This document shows, in pieces, positions 9,277 through 17,019 of a DNA stretch of 28,858 bases (positions are counted from its first letter, which is position 1; every line of letters begins with the position of its first letter). Source of the DNA: a virus (lineage: Duplodnaviria; Heunggongvirae; Uroviricota; Caudoviricetes). Below the pieces are notes generated by a model. It did no database searches and had not been told where the DNA came from. It saw nothing but the letters and a program-made list of their open reading frames with translations. The DNA lies in IMG/VR virus record IMGVR_UViG_3300024272_000021, one strand, 5' to 3'. The translations under genes and the position numbers were made by a program.

Positions 9277-9645
9277 TTACCATTCGTATGCACTTAAGTT
9301 CCACGCATGTCCCATCTCATAATAGTATCCATGTTTCTTAAAAAGCTTAAGAAACTGGTCTTCGAGCTTAACCCAACCATTTACAGATGCGTTAAGCACT
9401 GCATAGAGTGGGCCTTCAAAGCTCATGGAAAGCGTGTCAGGATTTGCGTATTCAAAGTAGTCCAGAGGATTCTTATCATCGTACTGGTAAAGATCCTCAT
9501 CAATTTTCTTGCCAGGAACACCATGCCAGTCGGGCCATGAAGCGAGTGCAATTCCGTTGAAGTAGATACAGTTGTCACCCCAGAGATGATGTTTCTTACA
9601 CCATTGGTAGATGTCTATTGCTAACATTTCGTTTCTGTTATCCAT
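9277..9645 (-). CDS. Hypothetical protein
   Basis: GGAGGT RBS before ATG 9645. Confidence 0.75.
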   Translation of the reverse strand: MDNRNEMLAIDIYQWCKKHHLWGDNCIYFNGIALASWPDWHGVPGKKIDEDLYQYDDKNPLDYFEYANPDTLSMSFEGPLYAVLNASVNGWVKLEDQFLKLFKKHGYYYEMGHAWNLSAYEW

Positions 9646-9656
9646 GTTACACCTCC

Positions 9657-9830
9657 TCAATTCTTTTCCAAATAATATCCAACCAATATCGCTGCTGTAA
9701 AACCTGCAATTCCAATTGCGTACCAGAGTGTACCAGAACCGAAATCCCTTATCAGCCAACCAATTGAAAGACCCAAACCTATGGGACTAATAACTCTCAT
9801 GATGAAACCAATGAGCTGCTTAGTAGTCAT
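9657..9830 (-). CDS. Small two-TM membrane protein
   Basis: AAGGAG RBS; two hydrophobic helices. Confidence 0.65.
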   Translation of the reverse strand: MTTKQLIGFIMRVISPIGLGLSIGWLIRDFGSGTLWYAIGIAGFTAAILVGYYLEKN

Positions 9831-10236
9831 AGCAATTCTCCTTAAACTCAAACATTCCATTGCAGTCGTAAATAGTACCTTCTGCCTTAATTCCATTCTG
9901 CTCTGCAAGATATTCTTCATCCAGCAGCCTATCTGCCAGTTCTTTTAGCAGTTCCTCATAATCATCGCTGCTAAAACAAAAAATGATTTTATTAAGGATT
10001 CCTCTTGCCTCTTCTGTATGGTTATCGAGCCAGTTTGCATAACTTGACAGGTCATTTGCCCAACCATCGAGACAATAAGTATTATCGAAAACATCGCCGT
10101 CATTATACCACTTGTAAATCAGCTTATTAACAGCGGTGACTATTTGCGTTGCCTTTGTAGTTCCTTCTCCTCTTGTGGGCAAATACTTATCGACGATTCC
10201 GTCAAATTTATCAAAGTAACTCCAGTCAATTGCCAT
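9820..10236 (-). CDS. Phage hypothetical protein
   Basis: 138-aa ORF, co-oriented. Confidence 0.8.
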   Translation of the reverse strand: MAIDWSYFDKFDGIVDKYLPTRGEGTTKATQIVTAVNKLIYKWYNDGDVFDNTYCLDGWANDLSSYANWLDNHTEEARGILNKIIFCFSSDDYEELLKELADRLLDEEYLAEQNGIKAEGTIYDCNGMFEFKENCYDY

Positions 10237-10336
10237 CTTCTATCTCCCTTTCTGCTTCTTCATAGGTATCTGCACTGCAATAGAATTCGCCATCTATATA
10301 GACTTCATAATGTCCGTTAATCGGAATTATCTCCAT
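10226..10336 (-). CDS. Small protein MEIIPINGHYEVYIDGEFYCSADTYEEAEREIEDGN (36 aa)
   Basis: Manual translation; fills a gap; GAGGAGGA upstream. Confidence 0.6.
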   Translation of the reverse strand: MEIIPINGHYEVYIDGEFYCSADTYEEAEREIEDGN

Positions 10337-10445
10337 CTTCATCCTCCTCATCCACACCAAGGCCGCAGTATTCTCGACACTGAGAACTGCTTTCAGCACC
10401 ATAGGGACAATAACCTGTGTTGCAGGGATAATATTTAGGTTCCAT
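10317..10445 (-). CDS. Small Cys-rich acidic protein (42 aa, MEPKYYPCNTGYCPY...)
   Basis: Manual translation; fills a gap between co-oriented genes. Confidence 0.55.
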   Translation of the reverse strand: MEPKYYPCNTGYCPYGAESSSQCREYCGLGVDEEDEDGDNSD

Positions 10446-10447
10446 TG

Positions 10448-10678
10448 TTATTCGTCTCTCTTTCTGTCAAATCTATATGGGTCATCTCTGTCTTGATATC
10501 CATTTACTGCCCAGAAAAGATAGTTTTCCCAGCATGTTTCACAGTCACATTCAGGTTCCTCGCCCATATTGCAATAATACATTCGGTTATCAGGCGGACA
10601 CTCGTCATGGAGAATCATAAGGGCAAGTGAAAACATGTCTTTCTTGTTTTCGCCGCCCCTTATCGCATTAATTGCCAT
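10448..10678 (-). CDS. Hypothetical Cys-rich protein
   Basis: ORF track. Confidence 0.65.
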   Translation of the reverse strand: MAINAIRGGENKKDMFSLALMILHDECPPDNRMYYCNMGEEPECDCETCWENYLFWAVNGYQDRDDPYRFDRKRDE

Positions 10679-10690
10679 CTGTTATTTCCC

Positions 10691-10891
10691 TCACTTAATG
10701 ACTAGTTCACAGTTAACAGGATGAACGAGTGTTGCATATTCAATACGCATTGCGCTACCAGAGCATAAGTTAACTGCACTCTTACCATCGACGGGTTCTA
10801 TTTTTATGAAATATTCACTGAGAAATCGAAATACACTGCCAAAGTCAAGATGTCCAAAGGGTTTCAATTCTCCTAAAGTATTGATTATCAT
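10691..10891 (-). CDS. Small beta-rich protein, possible paralog of 11092-11319
   Basis: Start at MIINT; pattern F..L..G..F....Y.IK....AV.L..G shared with 11092-11319. Confidence 0.6.
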   Translation of the reverse strand: MIINTLGELKPFGHLDFGSVFRFLSEYFIKIEPVDGKSAVNLCSGSAMRIEYATLVHPVNCELVIK

Positions 10892-10904
10892 AGCTTTCCC
10901 TTTC

Positions 10905-11090
10905 TCAAATGAAGTCGAAAATGTAATCGGGTTCCAGTCCAAGTTCTGCCTGCAGTATTTCGTCAAGACTCAGACAGCTTGAACCTTCCAGTGCTTCCAT
11001 GATTTCCGCTCTGCAGTCCTCATATGCTTCTTTCGCTTCCTCGTAGGTGAGACCATCACGTCGCATCAGGATTCTAATTATCTCGTTCAT
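10905..11090 (-). CDS. Phage hypothetical protein (ILMRRDGLTYEEA)
   Basis: GGAGGT RBS. Confidence 0.75.
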   Translation of the reverse strand: MNEIIRILMRRDGLTYEEAKEAYEDCRAEIMEALEGSSCLSLDEILQAELGLEPDYIFDFI

Positions 11091-11091
11091 G

Positions 11092-11319
11092 TTATACCTC
11101 CTTTAAAACAATAAGTTCGCTCATGAATGGATAGACAATTTCGTTGACGCCCACAAAAACATGAGTGCCATCGTTAAGTTTTACGGCATTATACATATTA
11201 TTCTCTCCATCTAGCACCCTATTGGTCTTTATGTAATACTTGTTATCTCGCTTAAATGTGGTACCAGGGTTCAGTTCCTTAAATTCCGTACCTTTGAATA
11301 CGTTATCAGTTATCTTCAT
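11092..11319 (-). CDS. Small beta-rich protein
   Basis: Start at MKITDN; RBS present. Confidence 0.7.
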   Translation of the reverse strand: MKITDNVFKGTEFKELNPGTTFKRDNKYYIKTNRVLDGENNMYNAVKLNDGTHVFVGVNEIVYPFMSELIVLKEV

Positions 11320-11324
11320 TTCCC

Positions 11325-11516
11325 TTACCTCCTCCATGGGAATATCCATGAATCATACTGTTTCATTGTTATCAAACCATCACGGCACAAATAATCTACG
11401 AAAACCTCCCATTCACCTTGTACTTCATGCCAGTCATCCTTAAGTGCCTTATGGAGTCTTTCCGTTGTTCCATAGCAATTTTCTATGAACATATGTGTGG
11501 CCGTTCCCTTATACAT
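11325..11516 (-). CDS. Hypothetical protein
   Basis: ORF track. Confidence 0.7.
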   Translation of the reverse strand: MYKGTATHMFIENCYGTTERLHKALKDDWHEVQGEWEVFVDYLCRDGLITMKQYDSWIFPWRR

Positions 11517-11532
11517 AATATCATCCCTTCCG

Positions 11533-11727
11533 TTACCAACAGGTGTAGCCTTCAGGTATTTTGTAAGGATAATCTTCGATACTTATCAGCTTAACGCCAT
11601 AGCCAGTTCCTTCAAATTCCTTGTCCCATTGTTCAACTTTGCTTTTTGCCATCTTCTTACTTCTTGCATAGTGAGTATTGTAGTAACCTCCACGAGGAGT
11701 GCTGACATAGAATGTAAACTTAACCAT
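11533..11727 (-). CDS. Hypothetical protein
   Basis: Start at MVKFTF; AAAGGA RBS. Confidence 0.65.
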   Translation of the reverse strand: MVKFTFYVSTPRGGYYNTHYARSKKMAKSKVEQWDKEFEGTGYGVKLISIEDYPYKIPEGYTCW

Positions 11728-11743
11728 TGCGTTTTCCTTTCTG

Positions 11744-12211
11744 TTATTCAGATAGTATTTTATACAGGGCATTCATGATTTTAGGGATAACGACCTTGTT
11801 AATGCGAACATATTCCGTCTCATTTTTAATCGTTTCCGTTGCTGGATTCGATGTATAATGAGCACCGCCGCAATACAGCATGTCGGAATACTGACGTGCA
11901 ATATAGAACGACTTCATCAGTTCGCAGATTTTCCAGATTTCCTCATCGGTGAATGGAGTTACTGCAAAGAATTTTTTGAACATATCATGTCCGTTTACGT
12001 TTCCCTTAAAGAACATGCTGTCAAAATGAGAATGGCTGTTTATGTCCCTTGACATAGAAGGATAATTGTTATTCGTATATGTTTCTACATAACCTCCTCC
12101 CCAATACCAGTCACAGTCCCATTTCGCTTCTTCGAGCCAGTAGTTTGTACCTTCTGCATCCTGACCCAAGAAATAAACATCCCTGCCAAATGCATGGGAT
12201 TTACGCTTCAT
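11744..12211 (-). CDS. Phage hypothetical protein
   Basis: 155-aa ORF with RBS. Confidence 0.8.
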   Translation of the reverse strand: MKRKSHAFGRDVYFLGQDAEGTNYWLEEAKWDCDWYWGGGYVETYTNNNYPSMSRDINSHSHFDSMFFKGNVNGHDMFKKFFAVTPFTDEEIWKICELMKSFYIARQYSDMLYCGGAHYTSNPATETIKNETEYVRINKVVIPKIMNALYKILSE

Positions 12212-12228
12212 AAGAATATCTCCTTCCC

Positions 12229-12606
12229 TTATCCGTAAATCATATCGCCAAACAACGCAAGCTGCACAATAGCATCAGCAACTTCTGCGTCAATGTTACA
12301 AGTGTCGATTCTTGCGTTGCACCACCAGTTATACTCGGAACGATAGTTTCCCTCGATAGCCAACTCAATTCCCTTGAGCAGCTTTTCGAGAGTCAGTTCA
12401 TAAACCTTATTCTCTTCTGCATCACGCAAAAGCAAAGTTCCCTTGCGAGAAATCTGTTCACTGGCATATTCTCCGAGGAATTCTCCCTTTACTTTCGCTT
12501 CATTGCACCAGTAGTTAATGCCACCTTCGAGGGCAGAACACATGATATCATCAATATCCTCGCTGGTTACTGCAACATGCAGATTAACGTGGGCTTTATA
12601 TCTCAT
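12229..12606 (-). CDS. Phage hypothetical protein (SALEGGINYWC)
   Basis: GGAGGT RBS before ATG 12606. Confidence 0.8.
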   Translation of the reverse strand: MRYKAHVNLHVAVTSEDIDDIMCSALEGGINYWCNEAKVKGEFLGEYASEQISRKGTLLLRDAEENKVYELTLEKLLKGIELAIEGNYRSEYNWWCNARIDTCNIDAEVADAIVQLALFGDMIYG

Positions 12607-12611
12607 TTGCC

Positions 12612-12983
12612 TTACCTCCATGAAAAATCCTTATGCACGCTAACCCTAATAAGTTTGGTTTCCATTTCAATAGGATCATGAGTTAATCTCCAGACTTGTA
12701 TAGGAGTGAAGTTAAACAATAGAACATCAAGCATTCCTTCATCAAATTCCGTTGTATCCCTTGTGGTCACACCGCATTCACGGAAGAACAGAAGCATATC
12801 ATATGATTTCCCTTCCTTTACTGCGGCTTTAAGATTATCAATATCGTAGATGATATCACTTGCGTAGCATTCAGTTAGCTTTGCAGTAAGACGAATCATC
12901 TTGTCGATAACAGTGCTAATATTATCAGTGTCACTTATAATTCCCTTGTCGTAGCAGGAATGTTTTGTTATTTTGACGCTCAT
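12612..12983 (-). CDS. Hypothetical protein
   Basis: ORF track. Confidence 0.75.
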   Translation of the reverse strand: MSVKITKHSCYDKGIISDTDNISTVIDKMIRLTAKLTECYASDIIYDIDNLKAAVKEGKSYDMLLFFRECGVTTRDTTEFDEGMLDVLLFNFTPIQVWRLTHDPIEMETKLIRVSVHKDFSWR

Positions 12984-13342
12984 TTAATCATCTCCCTTTC
13001 TAATATGTCTGCACCTTCTGTAGTGTATTTTAGCAACTCATCAGGGAAGAATATAAACTCAGGATAGGTACAAAACCCACTTCGTGCTTCTCTTCCAGTT
13101 AACAGACCAAGATTATTATCGAGAAGCCAGTCGATGATTTCATTTCCGTTATTGTTGGTGTCGATAAAGGCACAGTTCTCTTCACATTTGACGCCCAGGT
13201 TTACGGTCAGATTGCTCCACGGCTCAGGATATCCGTTTTCGTGAGTGATAAGACCCACATACAGATTTCCGTTATTGATGAAACGGTTCAGTTTAAATGT
13301 TATAGGATGTTCTTTCCCGCGCTTGTTCAAGATTATTCTCAT
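12980..13342 (-). CDS. DUF4313-like protein
   Basis: NGNLYVGL...EPWSNLTVNL...AFIDTNN...WL..N.LG..TG...SGFCTYP. Confidence 0.7.
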   Translation of the reverse strand: MRIILNKRGKEHPITFKLNRFINNGNLYVGLITHENGYPEPWSNLTVNLGVKCEENCAFIDTNNNGNEIIDWLLDNNLGLLTGREARSGFCTYPEFIFFPDELLKYTTEGADILEREMIK

Positions 13343-13347
13343 TTCCC

Positions 13348-13677
13348 TTACCTCCCTATCAGATACTGTCCTACTGCGACAAGACCAACGAATACAAATA
13401 TGCAACATTCCCTTGCCGCTCTTAAGATTCCCTTCTTGGGTTTCATCTGCTCCTGAAGCTCTGCTAGTTTTCTTCCCAAGATTTTGTGACGCTCTATATC
13501 TACCCTATCTCTCCCTTCTATCGCGTCAGTAAGCTTCCGCATCTTCTCTTCGTAGTTCAACCGCTGGCGTTCTATTTCCCTTGCAATAACATTGTTCACG
13601 AGAACATCACTTCCGTTTCCATTGGTATGGATTATAGTCATAGCTGCAATAGGTTTCATAATTATTCTCCTTTCCAT
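13348..13677 (-). CDS. Coiled-coil protein with C-terminal TM segment
   Basis: Charged helical region followed by a hydrophobic tail. Confidence 0.65.
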   Translation of the reverse strand: MERRIIMKPIAAMTIIHTNGNGSDVLVNNVIAREIERQRLNYEEKMRKLTDAIEGRDRVDIERHKILGRKLAELQEQMKPKKGILRAARECCIFVFVGLVAVGQYLIGR

Positions 13678-13901
13678 TCGTTACGCAGGATATCAATTGC
13701 TTCTTTTGCTTCAGTCAACGAAACACCATTCTTTTCATGGTAACGACGCACGGCTTCCACAAAGTTTCCCTTGAGGAAAAGTTCACTGTCGCTGATTTCG
13801 AAAACCTCAAATCCATTCTGAATCTTAGACAGCACTTCAATTGCGTTGTCTACGTTTCGCTTGGATATGAGTTCTCCATTGGGCAGTCGGCAGTAAAGCA
13901 T
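13662..13901 (-). CDS. Small protein with ribosomal L7/L12 C-terminal-like motif
   Basis: VEAVRRYHEKNGVSLTEAKEAID resembles the AIK..R..TG.GL.EAK..V pattern. Confidence 0.55.
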   Translation of the reverse strand: MLYCRLPNGELISKRNVDNAIEVLSKIQNGFEVFEISDSELFLKGNFVEAVRRYHEKNGVSLTEAKEAIDILRNEWKGE

Positions 13902-13920
13902 GTTATCATCTCCCTTTATA

Positions 13921-14118
13921 TTAATATCCATTGTTATTGAGGTAGTCAACAGCGTCGTCATATGCTTCCTTGAGTGTGTCAAAACAAGGACCATCGCACA
14001 TCAATGAAAACCACATATACTTTCCCTTGTCGTTCTGAAAGAAACCAACGGTAGTCTTGTGCAGTTGTTCATTGGCTTCATCAAGAGTTATTGTTTCGCT
14101 TGCATACGGGTATTTCAT
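13921..14118 (-). CDS. Hypothetical protein
   Basis: AAAGGAG RBS; start at 14118 or 14127. Confidence 0.65.
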   Translation of the reverse strand: MKYPYASETITLDEANEQLHKTTVGFFQNDKGKYMWFSLMCDGPCFDTLKEAYDDAVDYLNNNGY

Positions 14119-14143
14119 AGTTATCATCTCCTTTCCCTTGAGC

Positions 14144-14195
14144 AAAGCCCATATTAAAACGCCCAGACTTTCGCCTAGGCGTTTTGTATAGGTTT
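14144..14195 (-). other. Conserved-base long hairpin, copy 3 (GAAA tetraloop)
   Basis: AAACCTATA-C-AAAACGCCTAGGC-GAAA-GTCTGGGCGTTTT-AA-TATGGGCTTT. Confidence 0.75.
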
Positions 14196-14320
14196 CACTT
14201 CCACATTCTCTGCGTTGCACTACGTCTTTTGTATACCTTACACTGACGGCAATGATCCAGAATCTTTTCGCTTATACCAACAACAGTTGCTCCCAGACTC
14301 ATAATTATTGCAATGCTCAT
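14195..14320 (-). CDS. Small protein (41 aa, MSIAIIMSLGATVVG...)
   Basis: Manual translation; overlaps the upstream stop codon. Confidence 0.5.
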   Translation of the reverse strand: MSIAIIMSLGATVVGISEKILDHCRQCKVYKRRSATQRMWK

Positions 14321-14928
14321 TCTTTTGCATCTCCCTTCAATTCGGCAAGCTTCTTTTCTGCTTCCATAAGCTCGGAAACCGAACGCTGATATTCGGCATC
14401 CTGCTGTTCACAAATCCGTTTACGCTGTTCGACCATTTTTTCTGCTTCTGCAATTGCCTTCTGACGTTCCTCTTCTGCTTTCTGCTCTTCTTCAAGCTCG
14501 GCATACAGTTTGTCCAGTATGCTTGCTTTTTTCAGAGCTTCAGCAAGTTCCTTTTTCAGCTCTTCGTTTTCCCTCTTAAGAGCTTCGTTTTCCTTCTCGC
14601 AGACTTCAGCTTTCTTCTGATAAGCCGCAATTTCCTTTTTGAGAGCTTCAATTTCCTCTGCAGGACCAGCGAAAAGCTCATCAAGATGTTCGAGTATCTG
14701 GGAAAGGAAACAGAATTTCTTAACTCCTTTTTGCGTTAGTGTGCAGTTCTGCTTACCGTTGCATATCAAACTTATTGTACCCGTACTTACACCATAATAT
14801 TCCGCTGCGTCCATTCCACTGACAAAAAACTTCCTATCAGTGATACAAACTACGGGCTTATGAGTTCCTCCATTATGAAGTCCATGTGCGTTAACGGTTG
14901 CCTTGTCGTGGATAGTGATTCTTGCCAT
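14317..14928 (-). CDS. NUMOD1-like HTH domain fused to a long coiled coil
   Basis: KPVVCITDRKFFVSGMDAAEYYGVSTGTISLICNGK followed by an E/K-rich heptad region. Confidence 0.7.
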   Translation of the reverse strand: MARITIHDKATVNAHGLHNGGTHKPVVCITDRKFFVSGMDAAEYYGVSTGTISLICNGKQNCTLTQKGVKKFCFLSQILEHLDELFAGPAEEIEALKKEIAAYQKKAEVCEKENEALKRENEELKKELAEALKKASILDKLYAELEEEQKAEEERQKAIAEAEKMVEQRKRICEQQDAEYQRSVSELMEAEKKLAELKGDAKE

Positions 14929-14967
14929 GATGTCATTCTCCTATTCCTGCACTTAGTGCAATTGATG

Positions 14968-15081
14968 TCAGATATTAAGTAGGTCTTCAATGATGTTCTT
15001 AATTCGTGGTATATTACAGAGGATGTTGGAAATTATGCCGAACCCCAAGATGTACATTGTGCATAGACTTAGAAAGAACAT
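14968..15081 (-). CDS. Small single-TM protein (37 aa, MFFLSLCTMYILGFG...)
   Basis: Manual translation; GGAGGT RBS. Confidence 0.55.
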   Translation of the reverse strand: MFFLSLCTMYILGFGIISNILCNIPRIKNIIEDLLNI

Positions 15082-15254
15082 GATAACACCTCCATAGTTT
15101 TATCATGAGCTGCCGCAATGACACAATGTCTACAGTCAATATGTCTACCAGTATAACAGCAGATATCACAACTGCGGTTAAAGCTGTAGACAGCGTATGA
15201 TTTTGTCCTTGCTCTTTGTTGTCGGTCAACTCCTTCTTGTTCAAATCTTGACAT
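15069..15254 (-). CDS. Small Cys-rich protein (CDIC...CRHC)
   Basis: AGGAGG RBS. Confidence 0.65.
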   Translation of the reverse strand: MSRFEQEGVDRQQRARTKSYAVYSFNRSCDICCYTGRHIDCRHCVIAAAHDKTMEVLSCSF

Positions 15255-15289
15255 AATACATTCCTCCTATTGGGTTTGTAGTATAGTTA

Positions 15290-15343
15290 ATAAACCCATA
15301 ATGGGACATCCCGATGTGGTCGAGGTGTCCTATATAGGTTTAT
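15290..15343 (-). other. Conserved-base long hairpin, copy 2
   Basis: ATAAACCTATA...TATGGGTTTAT base stem with GGACACCTCGA/TCGGGATGTCC upper stem. Confidence 0.75.
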
Positions 15344-15564
15344 ATGGTCATATTGTAGTTGTATACCACAGATGTACTCCAAATGAACTCACCGCACTCC
15401 TTGAATACTGCATCATTCAGCTCGGAGAAGTTGTTACATTCGGGCAGAACTTCAGCATGGAATACCACATCCGTCTGTGGCATAATGACATACCTTTGGA
15501 GCTTATAGTCCCAAAGGCCGATGTAGTTACGGGTCTTAAAGGCTGTGATGTTATCGAAATCCAT
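15340..15564 (-). CDS. Hypothetical protein
   Basis: GGAGGT RBS. Confidence 0.7.
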   Translation of the reverse strand: MDFDNITAFKTRNYIGLWDYKLQRYVIMPQTDVVFHAEVLPECNNFSELNDAVFKECGEFIWSTSVVYNYNMTI

Positions 15565-15592
15565 GGTGTTACCTCCTTGTTTTTAGACTTAA

Positions 15593-15649
15593 ATAAGCCC
15601 ATAATAGAACACTCGAACCATGCAGTCCAAGTGCTCTATATAGGTTTAT
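15593..15649 (-). other. Conserved-base long hairpin, copy 1
   Basis: ATAAACCTATA...TATGGGCTTAT base stem with TAGAGCACTTGGAC/GTTCGAGTGTTCTA upper stem. Confidence 0.75.
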
Positions 15650-15664
15650 TTGATGACATAGGTT

Positions 15665-15814
15665 TTACAGACTTGTGATATGTAAGATGTAACCTTGGTA
15701 CAGCACACTACGTTTGAAAGCATAGTAGAACTCATTAGCTTCTTGCATAGTGTAGCCTGCTATGAATGTAGCTACAACGTGGTCTGATAATGTGCGGACT
15801 TGTAGTTTATACAT
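15665..15814 (-). CDS. Small protein (49 aa, MYKLQVRTLSDHVVATF...)
   Basis: Manual translation; GGAGGT RBS. Confidence 0.6.
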   Translation of the reverse strand: MYKLQVRTLSDHVVATFIAGYTMQEANEFYYAFKRSVLYQGYILHITSL

Positions 15815-16106
15815 ACTGTGCCACCTCCTCAAATCTCATACCAATGTAAGCTTCTACCAGTGCAGGGTCTACCATGGCAAGCTTACAGAATGTTCTCATA
15901 GCCTGAGCAATAGACTCATGCCAACCAAAGAATTTATAGTCATGAATCATGTTGCAGAGATACTCCACGAATGCACCAAAGTCAGGGTTATCCTTGTGGA
16001 CTTCCTGAGCTGCCCAGTATGCTCCACCCATTACGGCTACAGCATTGTCATGGATATCCTCTAATGATATGATGTTGAATCTGATGATATCAGGGTCAAA
16101 TTTCAT
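15807..16106 (-). CDS. Hypothetical protein
   Basis: AAAGGAG RBS before MKFDPD (16106). Confidence 0.75.
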   Translation of the reverse strand: MKFDPDIIRFNIISLEDIHDNAVAVMGGAYWAAQEVHKDNPDFGAFVEYLCNMIHDYKFFGWHESIAQAMRTFCKLAMVDPALVEAYIGMRFEEVAQYV

Positions 16107-16213
16107 AATTAACACACTCCTTTCAAATGGTGTGGCGTAGGGTCTCAGACCATACCATAACGCCACCTATGGCATGGAATGTCTGGAGCTAATCCCAGAC
16201 TAAGCATCTCTAA

Positions 16214-16265
16214 ACCCCACTCTGCATTTACTCGGGCTTGTGACCGACCTCGGCTGCATTAGGGT
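16214..16265 (-). ncRNA. Twister self-cleaving ribozyme, type P1
   Basis: ACCC UAA UGCA GCC GAGG UCGG UCACAAGC CCGA GUAAA UGCA GAGUG GGGU gives P1 ACCC/GGGU, P2 UGCA/UGCA, P4 UCGG/CCGA, a conserved L4 and L1; predicted cleavage U16261/A16260. Confidence 0.92.
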
Positions 16266-16315
16266 AAGGGCAGAGTTATCCCCTGCCCCATTTAGTGGAC
16301 ATTAATTTTGTACTG

Positions 16316-17014
16316 TTACTTGGAGGTCTTCTGAGCCTTCTTAGCTGCAGTCTTCGCCCTGCGTTCCTTCCTCTTGGCTTCCGCTTCAGCTTCCAGTTCT
16401 TCCCAAGTCTTTGCCTTCTGGTCAGAGATAGCCCTAGCAAGCCTGTGTTCTACTTCAAGGCGGAATGCGTTGGCAGTGCTACGGGTTGCAACCCTAATGC
16501 GGTTGTCGGGGCTGTCAATAAGAGCTTTCTTCTCCTCGGTCAGCTTCTCAATTTCATTCCTCAGATTCTGAATAGTTTCGGGATTTACACCTTTGGTGTT
16601 TTCATACTCGGCGAGTTCCTTCTGTCTGTTGCGAATCTTAGACAGGCAAAGCTGAAGCTCAGGAGAATCAGAGTTAGCCCTTTTGCCTGCGTAGCCAATG
16701 ATAAGGGTTACAAGTTCCTCATTGGCACAAAGCTTGTGACCATTCACCACACCTATTGCGGCAAGGATAACACGGACAGCATTGTACACGGCAGACTTGT
16801 CCACAGAGTCGGATTCAACGGTCAGACCGTTGTTTTCACAAAGGGCATACACAGAGTATGCGGCAGAATGCAGGTCGTTCACAAGGGCAGACCACACCTT
16901 GAGATTCTCCGCTCCGAGTTGGTCAGCATTCAAGCGGATGTTTGCATAGCGGTTGTTGTTGGTCAGGCAGTCCTGAAGAGTAGAAGCGGATACGGTCATA
17001 GTATTGTTATTCAT
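16316..17014 (-). CDS. First gene of the left arm; helical protein with a basic Lys/Ala/Arg C-terminal tail
   Basis: 232-aa ORF, GGAGGT RBS, visibly higher GC and biased codon use. Confidence 0.85.
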   Translation of the reverse strand: MNNNTMTVSASTLQDCLTNNNRYANIRLNADQLGAENLKVWSALVNDLHSAAYSVYALCENNGLTVESDSVDKSAVYNAVRVILAAIGVVNGHKLCANEELVTLIIGYAGKRANSDSPELQLCLSKIRNRQKELAEYENTKGVNPETIQNLRNEIEKLTEEKKALIDSPDNRIRVATRSTANAFRLEVEHRLARAISDQKAKTWEELEAEAEAKRKERRAKTAAKKAQKTSK

Positions 17015-17019
17015 GGTTA

